From contig CAZLEV010000001.1 in NCBI GenBank assembly GCA_964558645.1, forward strand, positions 253,568-317,567: a DNA stretch of 64,000 nt. The letters run 5' to 3'. The first letter of the stretch is position 1. Every line of letters starts with the position of its first letter. Source of the DNA: an uncultured archaeon. GTDB lineage: Archaea > Asgardarchaeota > Thorarchaeia > Thorarchaeales > Thorarchaeaceae. A program made the translations under genes and the position numbers. Below, piece by piece: positions 28,570 through 39,359 of this stretch. The notes beneath the pieces were generated by a model that saw only the letters and a program-made list of their open reading frames with translations, searched no databases and was not told the DNA's origin.

Positions 28570-29376
28570 GTGACCAGAGAGCACAGAATTCGCCCGATGA
28601 GGGCCAATGATTGGCATGCATTCAACCGAATCGACAAGGAGCTGTTTCCCGATGATGTGATGAGAGAGCGGTGGTTCTTGTTGACTCTGACTCTAGAGAG
28701 GGAGGAGTTTCTCGCCCTTGATGTCGGGGGTAGGCTAGCAGGTATGTTGATCTTGGCTCGGAGTGGTGAACATGTCGGACATCTCAGACGTATCGGAGTG
28801 GCAAAAGCTCACCAGAGAATGGGGTATGGTAGATTGCTGATGAGATATGCGATCGACTGGTTTCGAGAAGAGGGTTTCAAGAGGGCATATCTCTACACGC
28901 AAGACTTCAATATCCCCGCCCAGAACCTCTACAGGCAGTTCGATTTTCAGGTGAGCGGAACATCGTGGCAATACATTGTTCCGTTTCAGTCAGTGACCCC
29001 CTCTGGCGGATTCATCTGTCAGGAGATTGATGAGAGTGAAATCCGTGAGGTAGAGGCAAAGTATCCACGGGAATTCCCTGCGGAACGGATACAGAGGGAT
29101 CTGTCTTCGGACAGGTTCCGGGTGATGACACTGAGAGATCACTCACGTGAATTGAAAGGTGCCTGTAGGTTCTTCCCCGAACTGCCTGGCTGCACCTTTG
29201 CCATTGAGGAAACCGACTGTTTTGATGACTTCATCGCCGGATTACGTCACCTGTGTCCTGACTTCGACTATGTGCGGGTCACCTTCAGCGACTGTCCTCC
29301 TCTGGCTTACCTCTGCAGTGAACGAGGCTATGCACTGCACCATCGCCTCCTCAGGATGACTCTCGAACTGACCTGA
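28570..29376 (+). CDS. GNAT acetyltransferase (RimI-like N-domain plus second domain)
   Basis: HLRRIGVAKAHQRMGYG...NIPAQNLYRQFDF; start uncertain (ORF opens at 28483). Confidence 0.88.
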   Translation: MTREHRIRPMRANDWHAFNRIDKELFPDDVMRERWFLLTLTLEREEFLALDVGGRLAGMLILARSGEHVGHLRRIGVAKAHQRMGYGRLLMRYAIDWFREEGFKRAYLYTQDFNIPAQNLYRQFDFQVSGTSWQYIVPFQSVTPSGGFICQEIDESEIREVEAKYPREFPAERIQRDLSSDRFRVMTLRDHSRELKGACRFFPELPGCTFAIEETDCFDDFIAGLRHLCPDFDYVRVTFSDCPPLAYLCSERGYALHHRLLRMTLELT

Positions 29377-29467
29377 GACCGCCCTTCCGGTGGAGACGGC
29401 AGTAGGGCCAAATGTGCATTGCTTTCGAGTCAATGCCTACACCAAGTGAGAAGTTTATTGCTTCCGG

Positions 29468-29833
29468 ATGCCTGAGACGTGTGGAGTGCTTAGCCGTCGA
29501 GCCCCCGAAGGGGGAGGGCTCCTGGATACAGATGCTGGCATCATCAGGATCAACGTGGACGAGCATGACGGTTTCGCGGCCTATGGCACCCTGTCAATCG
29601 ACGCAATCATCCCTACGGGTATTGCTGGCCCGTTGTTTGTCCTGCTGGACATCGACCTTCCAGAGGGGTACGGCGGCAGGCTCCGCACCAACAAGGCTCC
29701 CATCTCCTTCGTGGAGCGGGTGGGCTGGGGTTACTATGGCAACGGGGTGCATGCCACAGCCGAGACAGTCTATGACCCAAGAATCGGGATTGGCTGTGGT
29801 TGCACATCCATCGTCGCCCGTCTCATCGACTGA
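29468..29833 (+). CDS. Hypothetical protein or gene fragment
   Basis: Protein-like composition only. Confidence 0.35.
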   Translation: MPETCGVLSRRAPEGGGLLDTDAGIIRINVDEHDGFAAYGTLSIDAIIPTGIAGPLFVLLDIDLPEGYGGRLRTNKAPISFVERVGWGYYGNGVHATAETVYDPRIGIGCGCTSIVARLID

Positions 29834-30629
29834 CCACCTAAGCGACCCTCATCGATTACATACCGGCTTACATCGTCGACACAACACAAGACAGCATGAG
29901 TCATGTATCGTTACTCAGAAGACACGGTCTTAGACAGGCCGATACCGAGTGGGCGGTCTCCTGCATCGCGCACTTGGATGATGTGACAGAGAGGGGCGAC
30001 TTGCCCGTTTTTCTCTGCCAGGAACACGTTATCGCACAGCACAGGGACAAATGGTCCTCAGTCAGTCCAGACGCCCCCCCGCAGGTTCTTCCTGAACCTC
30101 AGCCATGATATGGACCCCAAGAGCAGGGAGAGCCTGGCACCGCCCGTGCAGGTCTTCGACTCCCTCAGACACTGGTGTGACTGGGTCTGCATGAAGTGTA
30201 GGAGGCTGTTTCCGCTGGAAGAAGGCAAACTTGTGGTGATGGCAGATGTCAGGAACGTAATCATTCTGCATCTGCTTGGTGATTATGCCAACTTCTTTGC
30301 GGTTTGCCCCACGGAAATCTATCTTGCGCTGAGACAGATTGCAGAGCATAGGATACTAAGCTACGAGAGGAGTTCTTCACGACTGCGCTTTCTCAGCGTG
30401 CTTCCACACAAGCGAAGACCGGGGAAGCCCTTTCTAATCGGAAGTATGCAATCCTAAGAATAAGAGATCTCTGTGGGCTTGAGCAGGCTAGGCATGACCA
30501 TGCTCATTTTGCCATTTTGTTGTCACCTTCACAACGACATATAGGCGTCAGTTCGGTTCTCGTTTCTCTGTGAACTGAATAAAGGGATTCGGTTGAGCCC
30601 CCCTGAGGGACTCAGACCGTCTGAAGATA

Positions 30630-31982
30630 TCAATACTCCATGTCGGGCTGGTCATCTTCAACCACGTCGTGGTAGGGCTCTTCTTCATCGGGCTCCTCGT
30701 CAACGGTCTCTTCGATTGATTCCTCAGGTGTTGACGCTTCGGTTTCAGGTGCCCCTTCAATCTCAGTGCGCGGCTCGACCTCCTCAGGTTCTTCGTGAAT
30801 AGGCTCCTCGTCCTCAACGGCTGGTTCTGGCTCCATCTCTTCCTCTTCGGGAAGCACCTCCACTGGTTCCTCCTCGACCTCAGCCGGTTTGCTAAGCCTT
30901 CTCAAGAAGAGGAACTCCATGACGAGAGCTACGAATGGAAAGATGAAGAGCTTGACTAGGTCTCCTGCTGCAGCACCGAATGATGGGTCCGGGAAGAGAA
31001 TGGGAAACAACATGTCCGTGAAGTAGTATCCCGATGCAAGGAAGAACGTGATCATGGCAGCCGTCTGGGCAGAGATCTTGAGCCGTGTGTCCATCTCGGC
31101 TCTACTAGCTAGCGTCTGGCCCACTGAACTCATGGTGTAGAACACGAAGAAGATTGAGATTATCAGATCCACCGGCTGGAATGCCGCGGCAACAGTCTGT
31201 CCGGCATTGTAGATGAAATAGGCGGAGTAGAGAGAGATGAACAGTCCAAGGAGTGCAATATTGAACACGGTTGATGTGTTACGATTGCGCTTGATGATGA
31301 TTGAGTTGAGGAAGCTGAACAGCAGCGCAAGAGCAGTACCAAGCAACAGAAGCAGGAGTCTGAATGGATTGGCGAGGAGAGTTCCAAGGTTGGTCATAGT
31401 GGTGTATAGGAATGAACCGGCAATTGCCAGATAGCAGAATATGTTGCCGGCAAAGACAAGGCCCATTTTTAGATCAGAGATTCCTGTGGCCTGTACCTTC
31501 TCTGCATATCGCAGACTGGTTCGGGTCGAAAAATAGGCTTGGAACGAGATCCATCCGACAAAGGCGATTCCAAATATGAGTATCTCCAAGAACGGGAGGA
31601 AGAAGAAGAGAAGCATGGCGAAGGTCATACCACTGACGATTAGCCACGGTATGAGCATCACAAATGACCGAGAATACGACTCATCCGACGCCAGAAACCT
31701 CTCTTGGCGCAGTCCTGTGACAATCGTTGCGAAAAGGAAGAACATGGGCATGACTCCGCCCGTGGCTGCGAAGATGAAGGCGATGAATCCCCTAAGAACT
31801 GGATCTGCAATTCCAGCTGTCAGTGCCAATCCAAGCGTGCCTGTGATGGTCATCCACAGGATTCCGACAAGAAACACTGCCAGTAGCCATCTCAATCTCT
31901 TGTTCTGCCAGAACAGTCTGAGCCCTTCAACGAATGATGTGATCATTGGAATCTCCATATCTTTCTCTCCTAACCAATTCAT
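30630..31982 (-). CDS. Polytopic membrane protein with acidic Glu/Pro-rich C-tail
   Basis: About 10 hydrophobic segments; EEEP-rich tail. Confidence 0.85.
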   Translation of the reverse strand: MNWLGEKDMEIPMITSFVEGLRLFWQNKRLRWLLAVFLVGILWMTITGTLGLALTAGIADPVLRGFIAFIFAATGGVMPMFFLFATIVTGLRQERFLASDESYSRSFVMLIPWLIVSGMTFAMLLFFFLPFLEILIFGIAFVGWISFQAYFSTRTSLRYAEKVQATGISDLKMGLVFAGNIFCYLAIAGSFLYTTMTNLGTLLANPFRLLLLLLGTALALLFSFLNSIIIKRNRNTSTVFNIALLGLFISLYSAYFIYNAGQTVAAAFQPVDLIISIFFVFYTMSSVGQTLASRAEMDTRLKISAQTAAMITFFLASGYYFTDMLFPILFPDPSFGAAAGDLVKLFIFPFVALVMEFLFLRRLSKPAEVEEEPVEVLPEEEEMEPEPAVEDEEPIHEEPEEVEPRTEIEGAPETEASTPEESIEETVDEEPDEEEPYHDVVEDDQPDMEY

Positions 31983-32443
31983 TTAGTGAGTATGTAAACA
32001 ATCTCTTCTTCAAGCGTTTCTTTCACTTGAGGCTTTTCAACGATGATACCTAACTCTTCTCCATCTTTGGAGAAGAACACAATCCATGGTATATGTGTCA
32101 CGCCCCACTCCTCCATCTCCGGTGGAGAAGGTGGAATCTTCCATTGGTGCTCTGGGTCCAGCGGCGCTGTCTTGATATCGCCAAAGACTCGCACCTCCAT
32201 TCCGGTCTTCTCCTCGATGAGCTTGAGAACGGGTATGGCTCGCTTGCAGTCTCCACACCAAGGTGCACTGAAGACAACGCAGACCGTGTGCTGGGCTATC
32301 TTCTCAAGATCTCGCAATGCACTCGTGTCCAGTGAGTACTCTTCAAGTTCCTCGAGAAGGATGTCCTTGTCCTTGCCGCGGTGCGCCTCAATGTACTCAT
32401 CCAGTGTTCTCGAGCGCTTCCGGATATTGTCAAGATTAACCAT
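31979..32443 (-). CDS. Thioredoxin family protein
   Basis: WCGDC motif; cis-Pro (HIP). Confidence 0.9.
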   Translation of the reverse strand: MVNLDNIRKRSRTLDEYIEAHRGKDKDILLEELEEYSLDTSALRDLEKIAQHTVCVVFSAPWCGDCKRAIPVLKLIEEKTGMEVRVFGDIKTAPLDPEHQWKIPPSPPEMEEWGVTHIPWIVFFSKDGEELGIIVEKPQVKETLEEEIVYILTK

Positions 32444-32586
32444 AGCGATTCATCACCATGCATCAAAGCCATTTTCCACAGTGAGTTGAGTATCCAAATA
32501 TAGCCTTCGATGGACATTCGCAGATGCACCAATAAGGCTCATTAGTCTTCTAAAGCATCGGATGCACAAGCACTCCAGAGGAGGTA

Positions 32587-33138
32587 ATGTCCATGATTCG
32601 TCAGATCTTCAAAGTCTTGGTTGTTGGACCTCGGAATGTGGGCAAGTCCTCACTCATTGCTAGACACTTGCACGACAACTTCGAAGAAAGCTACGTGGCA
32701 ACTGTTGGAGTTGACATGAACGCCACTAGAATCGACCTGCCTGATGGAACCATAATCCTGTCAGTCGTTGACCTGGGCGGACAGCAGAGTTTTGCATCAT
32801 TGCGGCTCAGTTTCTATCAGGGGGCTCACCACATAATCCTAGTATACGATACAGACGACCGTCAGTCATTCGATGCCATCCCCACATGGTTTGATGGAAT
32901 CACGAAGGGTTTTTGTTTTTCGGGTGGACGCCAGTTACGGGGGTCTCTGGTCGCTAACAAGATTGACCTCGAAGAGCCTCATGCAGTCACCGCAGAGGAA
33001 GGTAAGCTGCTAGCTGATACGATCTCCTTTCGTTTCTTCAGGACCAGTGCGAAGACTGGAGAGGCCGTGAATGAGGTATTTGTTCATGCAGCTTCCGACG
33101 CTCGAGAGTCCATGAAGGCCCTTTCCTCAGGACAGTGA
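32587..33138 (+). CDS. Rab-like small GTPase
   Basis: GPRNVGKS, TVGVD, DLGGQ, NKID, SAK. Confidence 0.95.
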   Translation: MSMIRQIFKVLVVGPRNVGKSSLIARHLHDNFEESYVATVGVDMNATRIDLPDGTIILSVVDLGGQQSFASLRLSFYQGAHHIILVYDTDDRQSFDAIPTWFDGITKGFCFSGGRQLRGSLVANKIDLEEPHAVTAEEGKLLADTISFRFFRTSAKTGEAVNEVFVHAASDARESMKALSSGQ

Positions 33139-33145
33139 CTTCGTG

Positions 33146-33565
33146 CTATTCGGTCGGAGCATACCCTTCCGTTCCGATCAATCGCTTGAATCGCAAGTAG
33201 TAATAGAAATCAAGGCCGAATAAGAATACTCCCTGAATGATGACACCTACTCCGTTGCCGACGATATAAGGGTCTTGCCAGACGAGGATGAGGAGTAGCA
33301 GTCCCACAAGTTGATAACCAATGTCTAGGATGACATTTACGAGAAGGACCTTTGCTATCTTGTCTATGGGCTGGTCCTGTTTTCTACGAAAGCCCACGAG
33401 AGCTATCACTGAGTCGATGATTCCCCAGAGGATGGCTTGTAGGCCAATTCCTTGGACGAAAAGGTCTGGGACAAATGAGAGTATCACTCCAATGGTGATG
33501 CTAGCCACACTCCATACCATTAGCGTCCTGACAAGGTTTTGCTTCAGTAGATCCTTGGTATCCAT
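33146..33565 (-). CDS. Four-TM membrane protein
   Basis: Hydrophobic segments; WGIID and QGVFL motifs. Confidence 0.8.
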   Translation of the reverse strand: MDTKDLLKQNLVRTLMVWSVASITIGVILSFVPDLFVQGIGLQAILWGIIDSVIALVGFRRKQDQPIDKIAKVLLVNVILDIGYQLVGLLLLILVWQDPYIVGNGVGVIIQGVFLFGLDFYYYLRFKRLIGTEGYAPTE

Positions 33566-33666
33566 ATTGTTGTTCTACCTCCTGCTCTCAATGTAGTCTT
33601 TCGCTGTGACTATTCAATCATCCGATTGATTCAATAACCTCTGACATCATTGTGGTCCTGAATATC

Positions 33667-35010
33667 ATGTCGCGCATTCACATCGACAAGATCGAAAGAA
33701 AGAAGTGGATATCCCTTGGCATATTCCTACTTGTAGATCTACTCCAAGTTCTATTCGTGACATTGATTGACCTAGACCCGGCTAGGCCGTCTATTGTTGG
33801 ACTCGACTTCTCTCGTACCAATCCATTGGTTTCAGTTTCTCTCTTTCTAACTATCGCATTCCTCCAAGTCGTCATGATCTACGGAGTTGCCCTCACCATG
33901 GTCCGCAGGGATGATATGATTGAGATATATCCTGAGTACCATGGGGCGGATGATTGGGATTCCAATTATAGCCGTGAGCAACTTGTTGAATGGACGCAGT
34001 CTGCGGCTGAAGAATGTGAAGTTGGAGTTGACAAGATTTTCTTGATGGAGTCACCCCTTCCAAACGCATTCACCTTTGGTCTCCCGTTCATTGGCACCAT
34101 TGTTGCACTTCACAGCAACCTGCTTGACCTGCTTGCACCAGATGAGGTTAGAGCCATTATCACACATGAGGTGGCTCACATTCGTCATCGCGATTCAATC
34201 GTGCAGATTATTCTTCGCATGCCATCTGTCTTTGTGGATACGATATACCTCTACATCTATCTTCGGCTGATCCTTGGAATCATGGATGCTCTTCTTGTTT
34301 CCTTCGACTTCATAGTCGTCAGCATCAGAATAGCTGTTCTATTGGGATTCTTCTTGATGTCTCGAGTAATGATGCTGGTGTCCCGGCTCTTCGTCAAGAA
34401 GGCTGCCCGATATGCCGAAATGATGGCAGACCACTACTCGGCTGAAGCCCTAGGAACAGAGTCCACGATCAACGCTCTTCTCCTCCTTGGGCAGCGCATT
34501 GAAGCACTGGCGGCCTTTGTGGAGGAGATGAAGTGGCTGCACAGTCTGGAATCAGACAATATCCGCGGAATGAGCGGTGCCGAACTAAAGCGGTTGGTTG
34601 ATGAGTTCCCTGTGAGTGCCATTGATGAGGGTGAGGCACGACTGTTGGCTCCTGAAATCTACTTGAAACTCAAGCTCGAACGGCTAAGACAGATATATGC
34701 TCTGCGGGTTGATGACGAGTCTATTCGTGAGATGGTCAGACCTGCAGCTGAGGACCTGATTGAGAAGAGAAAGAGAGAGCATCCTGAGATAGAAGCACAG
34801 GCGGATCAGACAGTTGACTGGAGGGATGCTGATCGGGATGGAGACCTCCGGCTATCATCTCAGGAGATTAGAGTCTTCATAGAAACACTCCGAAAGAATC
34901 CTAACAAGTTCCTTTTCGAGAATGAGATCGACGAGAACATCTTGATGTTGGATCATCCCGACTTCAGAAGGCGAGTCCTGTTTCTTGCTGATGCATTCGA
35001 GGTCGAGTAG
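33667..35010 (+). CDS. M48 (HtpX-like) zinc metalloprotease with EF-hand-like loop
   Basis: PNAF, HEVAH, EMMADH, HP; DRDGDLRLSSQE. Confidence 0.9.
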   Translation: MSRIHIDKIERKKWISLGIFLLVDLLQVLFVTLIDLDPARPSIVGLDFSRTNPLVSVSLFLTIAFLQVVMIYGVALTMVRRDDMIEIYPEYHGADDWDSNYSREQLVEWTQSAAEECEVGVDKIFLMESPLPNAFTFGLPFIGTIVALHSNLLDLLAPDEVRAIITHEVAHIRHRDSIVQIILRMPSVFVDTIYLYIYLRLILGIMDALLVSFDFIVVSIRIAVLLGFFLMSRVMMLVSRLFVKKAARYAEMMADHYSAEALGTESTINALLLLGQRIEALAAFVEEMKWLHSLESDNIRGMSGAELKRLVDEFPVSAIDEGEARLLAPEIYLKLKLERLRQIYALRVDDESIREMVRPAAEDLIEKRKREHPEIEAQADQTVDWRDADRDGDLRLSSQEIRVFIETLRKNPNKFLFENEIDENILMLDHPDFRRRVLFLADAFEVE

Positions 35011-35035
35011 GTATCTTACTGGTGTTGTGATAAGA

Positions 35036-35722
35036 GTGTCTGAGAATCCTGTAATTACACAACAAAGTCAACTTGACATCGGCACCCTTGTCACCCGGCT
35101 CAGAGGTGGGCGCTTTCCGAAGGATGTGCTGCCTTCTTCAGAGCTTGTTCATGAAGGAGCCTCACTCCTCTTGGGCCGTACCCTGCATCGCGTGTGTTCC
35201 GCAAGGCGGAAGAAGGCTGATTGCGTCCATGTTTCGAACGTTGAGATTCGAAGCAAGGTTCTCTCACGCCTTCTCTCTGATGGTTCGAAGGTCTTTCCCT
35301 ATCTCATATCGATTGATCATAGATACGAAGAATGGATTCAACGACTCGATGATACAATTCATCAGTACTTCTTTGAGCGGCTTGGGGATTCGGCCATATT
35401 CGAGCTTCGCGATGAGCTAGCCAACTCGATAACTGAGGAGTTTGGCTTTTCCCATGTTTCTGACTTTCGTCCCGGATCCATTGATGACTGGCCCCTTAGC
35501 GGACAAAGAGATCTCTTCCGAATCTTGGGGGATACAGAGAGCTTGATTGGAGTGAAACTCTCAGAGAGCTTCCTGATGTATCCAAGAAAGTCACTCTCAG
35601 GCATCATGTTCGAAACCGAACAGGCCTTTCATTCATGTTTTCTGTGTAATTCTCGCGTTTGTGAGAGCCGCCTTGGAGACTTCGACCCCTCACTTAGACT
35701 TGAATTCGGCTTGGACATTTGA
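35036..35722 (+). CDS. Methionine synthase activation-domain-like protein
   Basis: PGSIDDWPLSGQRDLF...GVKLSESFLMYPRKSLSGI...CFLC...C. Confidence 0.75.
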   Translation: MSENPVITQQSQLDIGTLVTRLRGGRFPKDVLPSSELVHEGASLLLGRTLHRVCSARRKKADCVHVSNVEIRSKVLSRLLSDGSKVFPYLISIDHRYEEWIQRLDDTIHQYFFERLGDSAIFELRDELANSITEEFGFSHVSDFRPGSIDDWPLSGQRDLFRILGDTESLIGVKLSESFLMYPRKSLSGIMFETEQAFHSCFLCNSRVCESRLGDFDPSLRLEFGLDI

Positions 35723-35759
35723 AAGCTAGATTGAAGGCGCGTCATAAGGTCAAGAATCT

Positions 35760-37220
35760 CTATGCAGCTAGCGGTATCTCAATCTGAAACCTTGCACCCC
35801 TGCCCTTCTCTGATTCCAGTAGACTGATTTTCCCGCCGATAGCAGAGACTATCTGCTTTGACAAGTACAGACCTAGCCCACTACCTGTGGTTGAAACCCC
35901 CCTCTTGAACAGGTTCTCTCTTATTTCTGAAGAGATTCCCGGTCCGTTGTCGGTGTACTCTATGATTGCGCGATTCTTGTCCTTCTTCGCAGATATCCAT
36001 ACTTCTACTCCCCTCTCTCCAAAGCGAACAGAGTTTCTGAGCAGATTCTCGAACACGATTGGAAGCAGCTTGCTGAGCGGAATCTCGCTTTTCTCAAGGG
36101 CATCATCAATGTCGGTATCTACCGTGATGCGACTGCTCTTTTTAGCGCGCTCAACAACACTCTCAATGAGATCTACAAAGCTTCGGGTTGCTTTCTCTGC
36201 AGGACTCTGGAATGCATTTAGAAGATCCTTCATTCTCTCTGCTGCAGCAGATGCTGAACGTAGCATCGAATGCGCCTCTCCTCCCTTCCGTTCCATCAGC
36301 ATCTGCGCGGCTTCGACGTATCCGTGAATGGCTTGTAAATCGTTGCTCAGATCATGCCTTAAGACTGATGTGTACATACTCAGTTCTCTGGCAGCAAGAA
36401 TCAGATCTGCCTCACTCTGTTCTCTTCTTGATAAGTCTCGAATGATTGACAAGAATATGTCTCTGTCATGGTTTTCTATCCGAGTCACTGCAATCTCAAC
36501 AGGGACAGTGGTTCCGTCTTTCCTCTGAAGCTTTCTCGGTATAGTTATCTCGTCGGGTGCTTGAGGGTCCGAATAGATCTGGAGGGATTCGTCTGATGTC
36601 ATCTGCGGAGCGTCCAGCTGTCTGGTGGTCATCTCGAGTAGTTCGTTTCGCGAGTAGCCAAGCAGTGCCTCTGCCGCTCTATTGGCATCGATTATTCTCT
36701 CTTGAGAGTCCTCTATAAGGATCGCATCGTGAGCGTTTTCGAAGAGTCCGCGATACATCTCTTCGCTCTTTCTCAACGCTTCGAGTGCTTTTCTCTCTCC
36801 CGTGACATCAAAGACAACAGATATGGTTCCGTCTATGTTACCCTGTGAGTTCACTCTTGGAGCTGCCGAGAGTCGGATTGTCCTGATATTCCCTTCGGGG
36901 TCAGCTACATGTATCTCGTATGTAGATGATTCTCCCTTCTTTCGCTTCTGGGTCTCACGAAGGACCGTTTCCATGTCGTTTCCCACTACCAAGTCATGGG
37001 CTCGAAGCCCGACAAGGTCTTCCGGCTCGACATCAATGATATCCGCAGCTGCTTGATTCACTATCTCAATTCTCTCGGCCATGTCCGTGACGACAACACC
37101 AACCGGAAGAGCATCGGCAAACTCCTGAACTGCGCTGTAGGACACGCCCGTAGTATGCATCTGTTGACTACTCCCCGCAGCGTCCCCCGTGCTCTTCTTT
37201 GCCTTCTCATTCAACGCCAA
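35760..37220 (-). CDS. PAS-PAS histidine kinase
   Basis: HDLSN, NLLRNS, DNGPGI, GSGLGL. Confidence 0.95.
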   Translation of the reverse strand: MALNEKAKKSTGDAAGSSQQMHTTGVSYSAVQEFADALPVGVVVTDMAERIEIVNQAAADIIDVEPEDLVGLRAHDLVVGNDMETVLRETQKRKKGESSTYEIHVADPEGNIRTIRLSAAPRVNSQGNIDGTISVVFDVTGERKALEALRKSEEMYRGLFENAHDAILIEDSQERIIDANRAAEALLGYSRNELLEMTTRQLDAPQMTSDESLQIYSDPQAPDEITIPRKLQRKDGTTVPVEIAVTRIENHDRDIFLSIIRDLSRREQSEADLILAARELSMYTSVLRHDLSNDLQAIHGYVEAAQMLMERKGGEAHSMLRSASAAAERMKDLLNAFQSPAEKATRSFVDLIESVVERAKKSSRITVDTDIDDALEKSEIPLSKLLPIVFENLLRNSVRFGERGVEVWISAKKDKNRAIIEYTDNGPGISSEIRENLFKRGVSTTGSGLGLYLSKQIVSAIGGKISLLESEKGRGARFQIEIPLAA

Positions 37221-37506
37221 TCAAGTCCGGGTATATCTATGAATCTTCTTGGACGAGGTTCTGTGGGTATCGATTCCATTGCTTCTAAAGGTTCCTAAAA
37301 AGCCCCACAGTGCACAGCGCGCTCCCTCATTGCTGACTTTCTGACTCATTTTGTGGGCATCAGCTCAATTAAGGACTCCTACCATGCTCTCGTTTGGCCA
37401 GATGGTCTTTCTCTCAGGGTATGCGACTCATCTATCGGTTTTCGGACAAGACAGTCCCAGTTGACCAATGAATCTGATCCACTGAACTCTCCTCTCATTA
37501 GATCTC

Positions 37507-38025
37507 TTAGTCATCCTCAGGTCTAAGAAGTGCTGAGAGATTCAGCCGTGGATCCTCCTTGATCACTTTTGCGATAACCTGCGTGAAGGTTCTGACCACC
37601 CCTTCCACAGCCATGATCTTGTTGAGAATTTTCAAGAACTCCTCTCTGTTCGTCGATCGAGTCAGGACAAAGAAATCCTGCTCGCCCAGAGAGTAGTAGA
37701 CTGCTCCGACACCCGGGATGTTTGAGAGTTCCTTGCCAATGCTCTCGTCAGAATATTCCTTGCATTTCACGAGAATTCGGATGATGGTGATATAGTCGAG
37801 ACCTATCAGCTCCGGGTTAATCTTGGCATAGTAGCCGTCAATGATATTCTCTTTCTCAAGTCGTTTGACACGATAGTGTACTGTAGATGTTGGCACTGTG
37901 GAACTAGGGTCGTTCGGGTGCCGAATTCTGTCTGCTATATCCTGCAGCGGCATTCTGCAGTCACGCTGCAGCTCTTGAAGGATTTTCACGTCGAGCCTGT
38001 CAAGCTTCTTTCTCTTTCCCATCAA
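37507..38025 (-). CDS. Lrp/AsnC family regulator
   Basis: LDRLDVKILQELQRDCR...STVHYRVKRLEKENII. Confidence 0.93.
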   Translation of the reverse strand: MMGKRKKLDRLDVKILQELQRDCRMPLQDIADRIRHPNDPSSTVPTSTVHYRVKRLEKENIIDGYYAKINPELIGLDYITIIRILVKCKEYSDESIGKELSNIPGVGAVYYSLGEQDFFVLTRSTNREEFLKILNKIMAVEGVVRTFTQVIAKVIKEDPRLNLSALLRPEDD

Positions 38026-38208
38026 AAAGCCCCTTAATCCTTATGTGCATCTCGGGATTTCTTGAAGGCGGGCATATTAAGACATTGTGGTTTTCTTGTA
38101 CAGGATTCAAAATACTGCAACTTGGTCGCAATCACAGCAAGTGCGTATCGAATTTCTTAAAAGTGACTCAATACATTGCTCGGCCTCCCCCGAAACGAGA
38201 TGATGTCC

Positions 38209-39162
38209 ATGGCTGAAACCAAGATCGGAGTTGTTGCCATCGGTGGCAACAGTCTAATACGCGACAAGAGTGATATGCGCATTGAGAAGCAATTTGAGGC
38301 TGCAGCTGAGACCTGCAAGCACATTGCGGACATGATTCTTCAGGGATGGAACATCGTTATCACATCGGGAAATGGACCACAGGTTGGTTCGATTCTGAGA
38401 CGATCAGAAATAGCAGCGGATCAGGTTCATGAGATTCCTCTCGACTATTGTGGGGCCATGAGTCAGGGACAGATTGGCTACATGATTGCTCGGGCTCTCA
38501 ATAACGAGTTCAAGACCCGCGGTATCGAAAAGAGTATCGCCCCCGTTGTCAGCCAAGTTGTTGTTGACCGCGAGGACCCGGCCTTTGATAACCCTACAAA
38601 ACCCATTGGCTCATTCATGGATAAGGGGACCGCCAAGAAACGTGCTGACGAGCTCGGATGGCAGGTCGTCGAGGACTCAGGTCGAGGATGGCGCAGGGTT
38701 GTTCCTTCACCCATTCCTATTGAGATTGCGGAACTTCAAGGTATTGACTGTATGGTGAAAAACGGTGTAATCGTGTACGCTGTTGGCGGCGGTGGGATTC
38801 CAGTCGTACGAAAAGAAGATGGTCACCTTGAAGGAGTTGCGGCTGTGATTGACAAGGATTACGCTTCCAGTCTGCTGGCAAACAAGCTGGATGCCGATCT
38901 CTTGGTGATTTCTACAGATGTAGAGCAAGTCTATCTCAACTTCGGCGAGCCTGATGAGAAAGCGGTAGAAACCATGACAGTGAGTGAGGCAAAGGAGTAT
39001 ATTGACGATGGCCACTTCGCTCCTGGCAGTATGCTACCGAAGATTAAGGCCTCAATTCAGTTTATTGAGCGAGGTGGGGACATGGCACTCATCACAAATC
39101 CCCCCAACATCACACGTGCACTCAAGGGTGAAACTGGCACCCGAATAGTCCCTGATAAGTGA
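38209..39162 (+). CDS. arcC: Carbamate kinase
   Basis: GGNS, GNGPQVG, PTKPIG, GWRRVVPSP, VIDKD, GSMLPK. Confidence 0.97.
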   Translation: MAETKIGVVAIGGNSLIRDKSDMRIEKQFEAAAETCKHIADMILQGWNIVITSGNGPQVGSILRRSEIAADQVHEIPLDYCGAMSQGQIGYMIARALNNEFKTRGIEKSIAPVVSQVVVDREDPAFDNPTKPIGSFMDKGTAKKRADELGWQVVEDSGRGWRRVVPSPIPIEIAELQGIDCMVKNGVIVYAVGGGGIPVVRKEDGHLEGVAAVIDKDYASSLLANKLDADLLVISTDVEQVYLNFGEPDEKAVETMTVSEAKEYIDDGHFAPGSMLPKIKASIQFIERGGDMALITNPPNITRALKGETGTRIVPDK

Positions 39163-39359
39163 CTTCGAAGCCAATCCTGTGGCTCACATTCAAAGGCTCC
39201 CTGGATGTCTTCATCAGTTTCAATCCTGGAGCAACCTTCATTGGGGAAGATGTTGGTTAGAGCTCGCCATCTTGCGTTGCTGCTATTTGTGTCCACAGTA
39301 TTATAGAGACACAGGCTCACCGAAGGTAATATCTCCAGCTCTGTGAACGTCATGCTGCA

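Noticed and set aside
29896-30457. Overlapping short ORFs at the right edge of the island
   Set aside because: No family signature; a frame cannot be chosen
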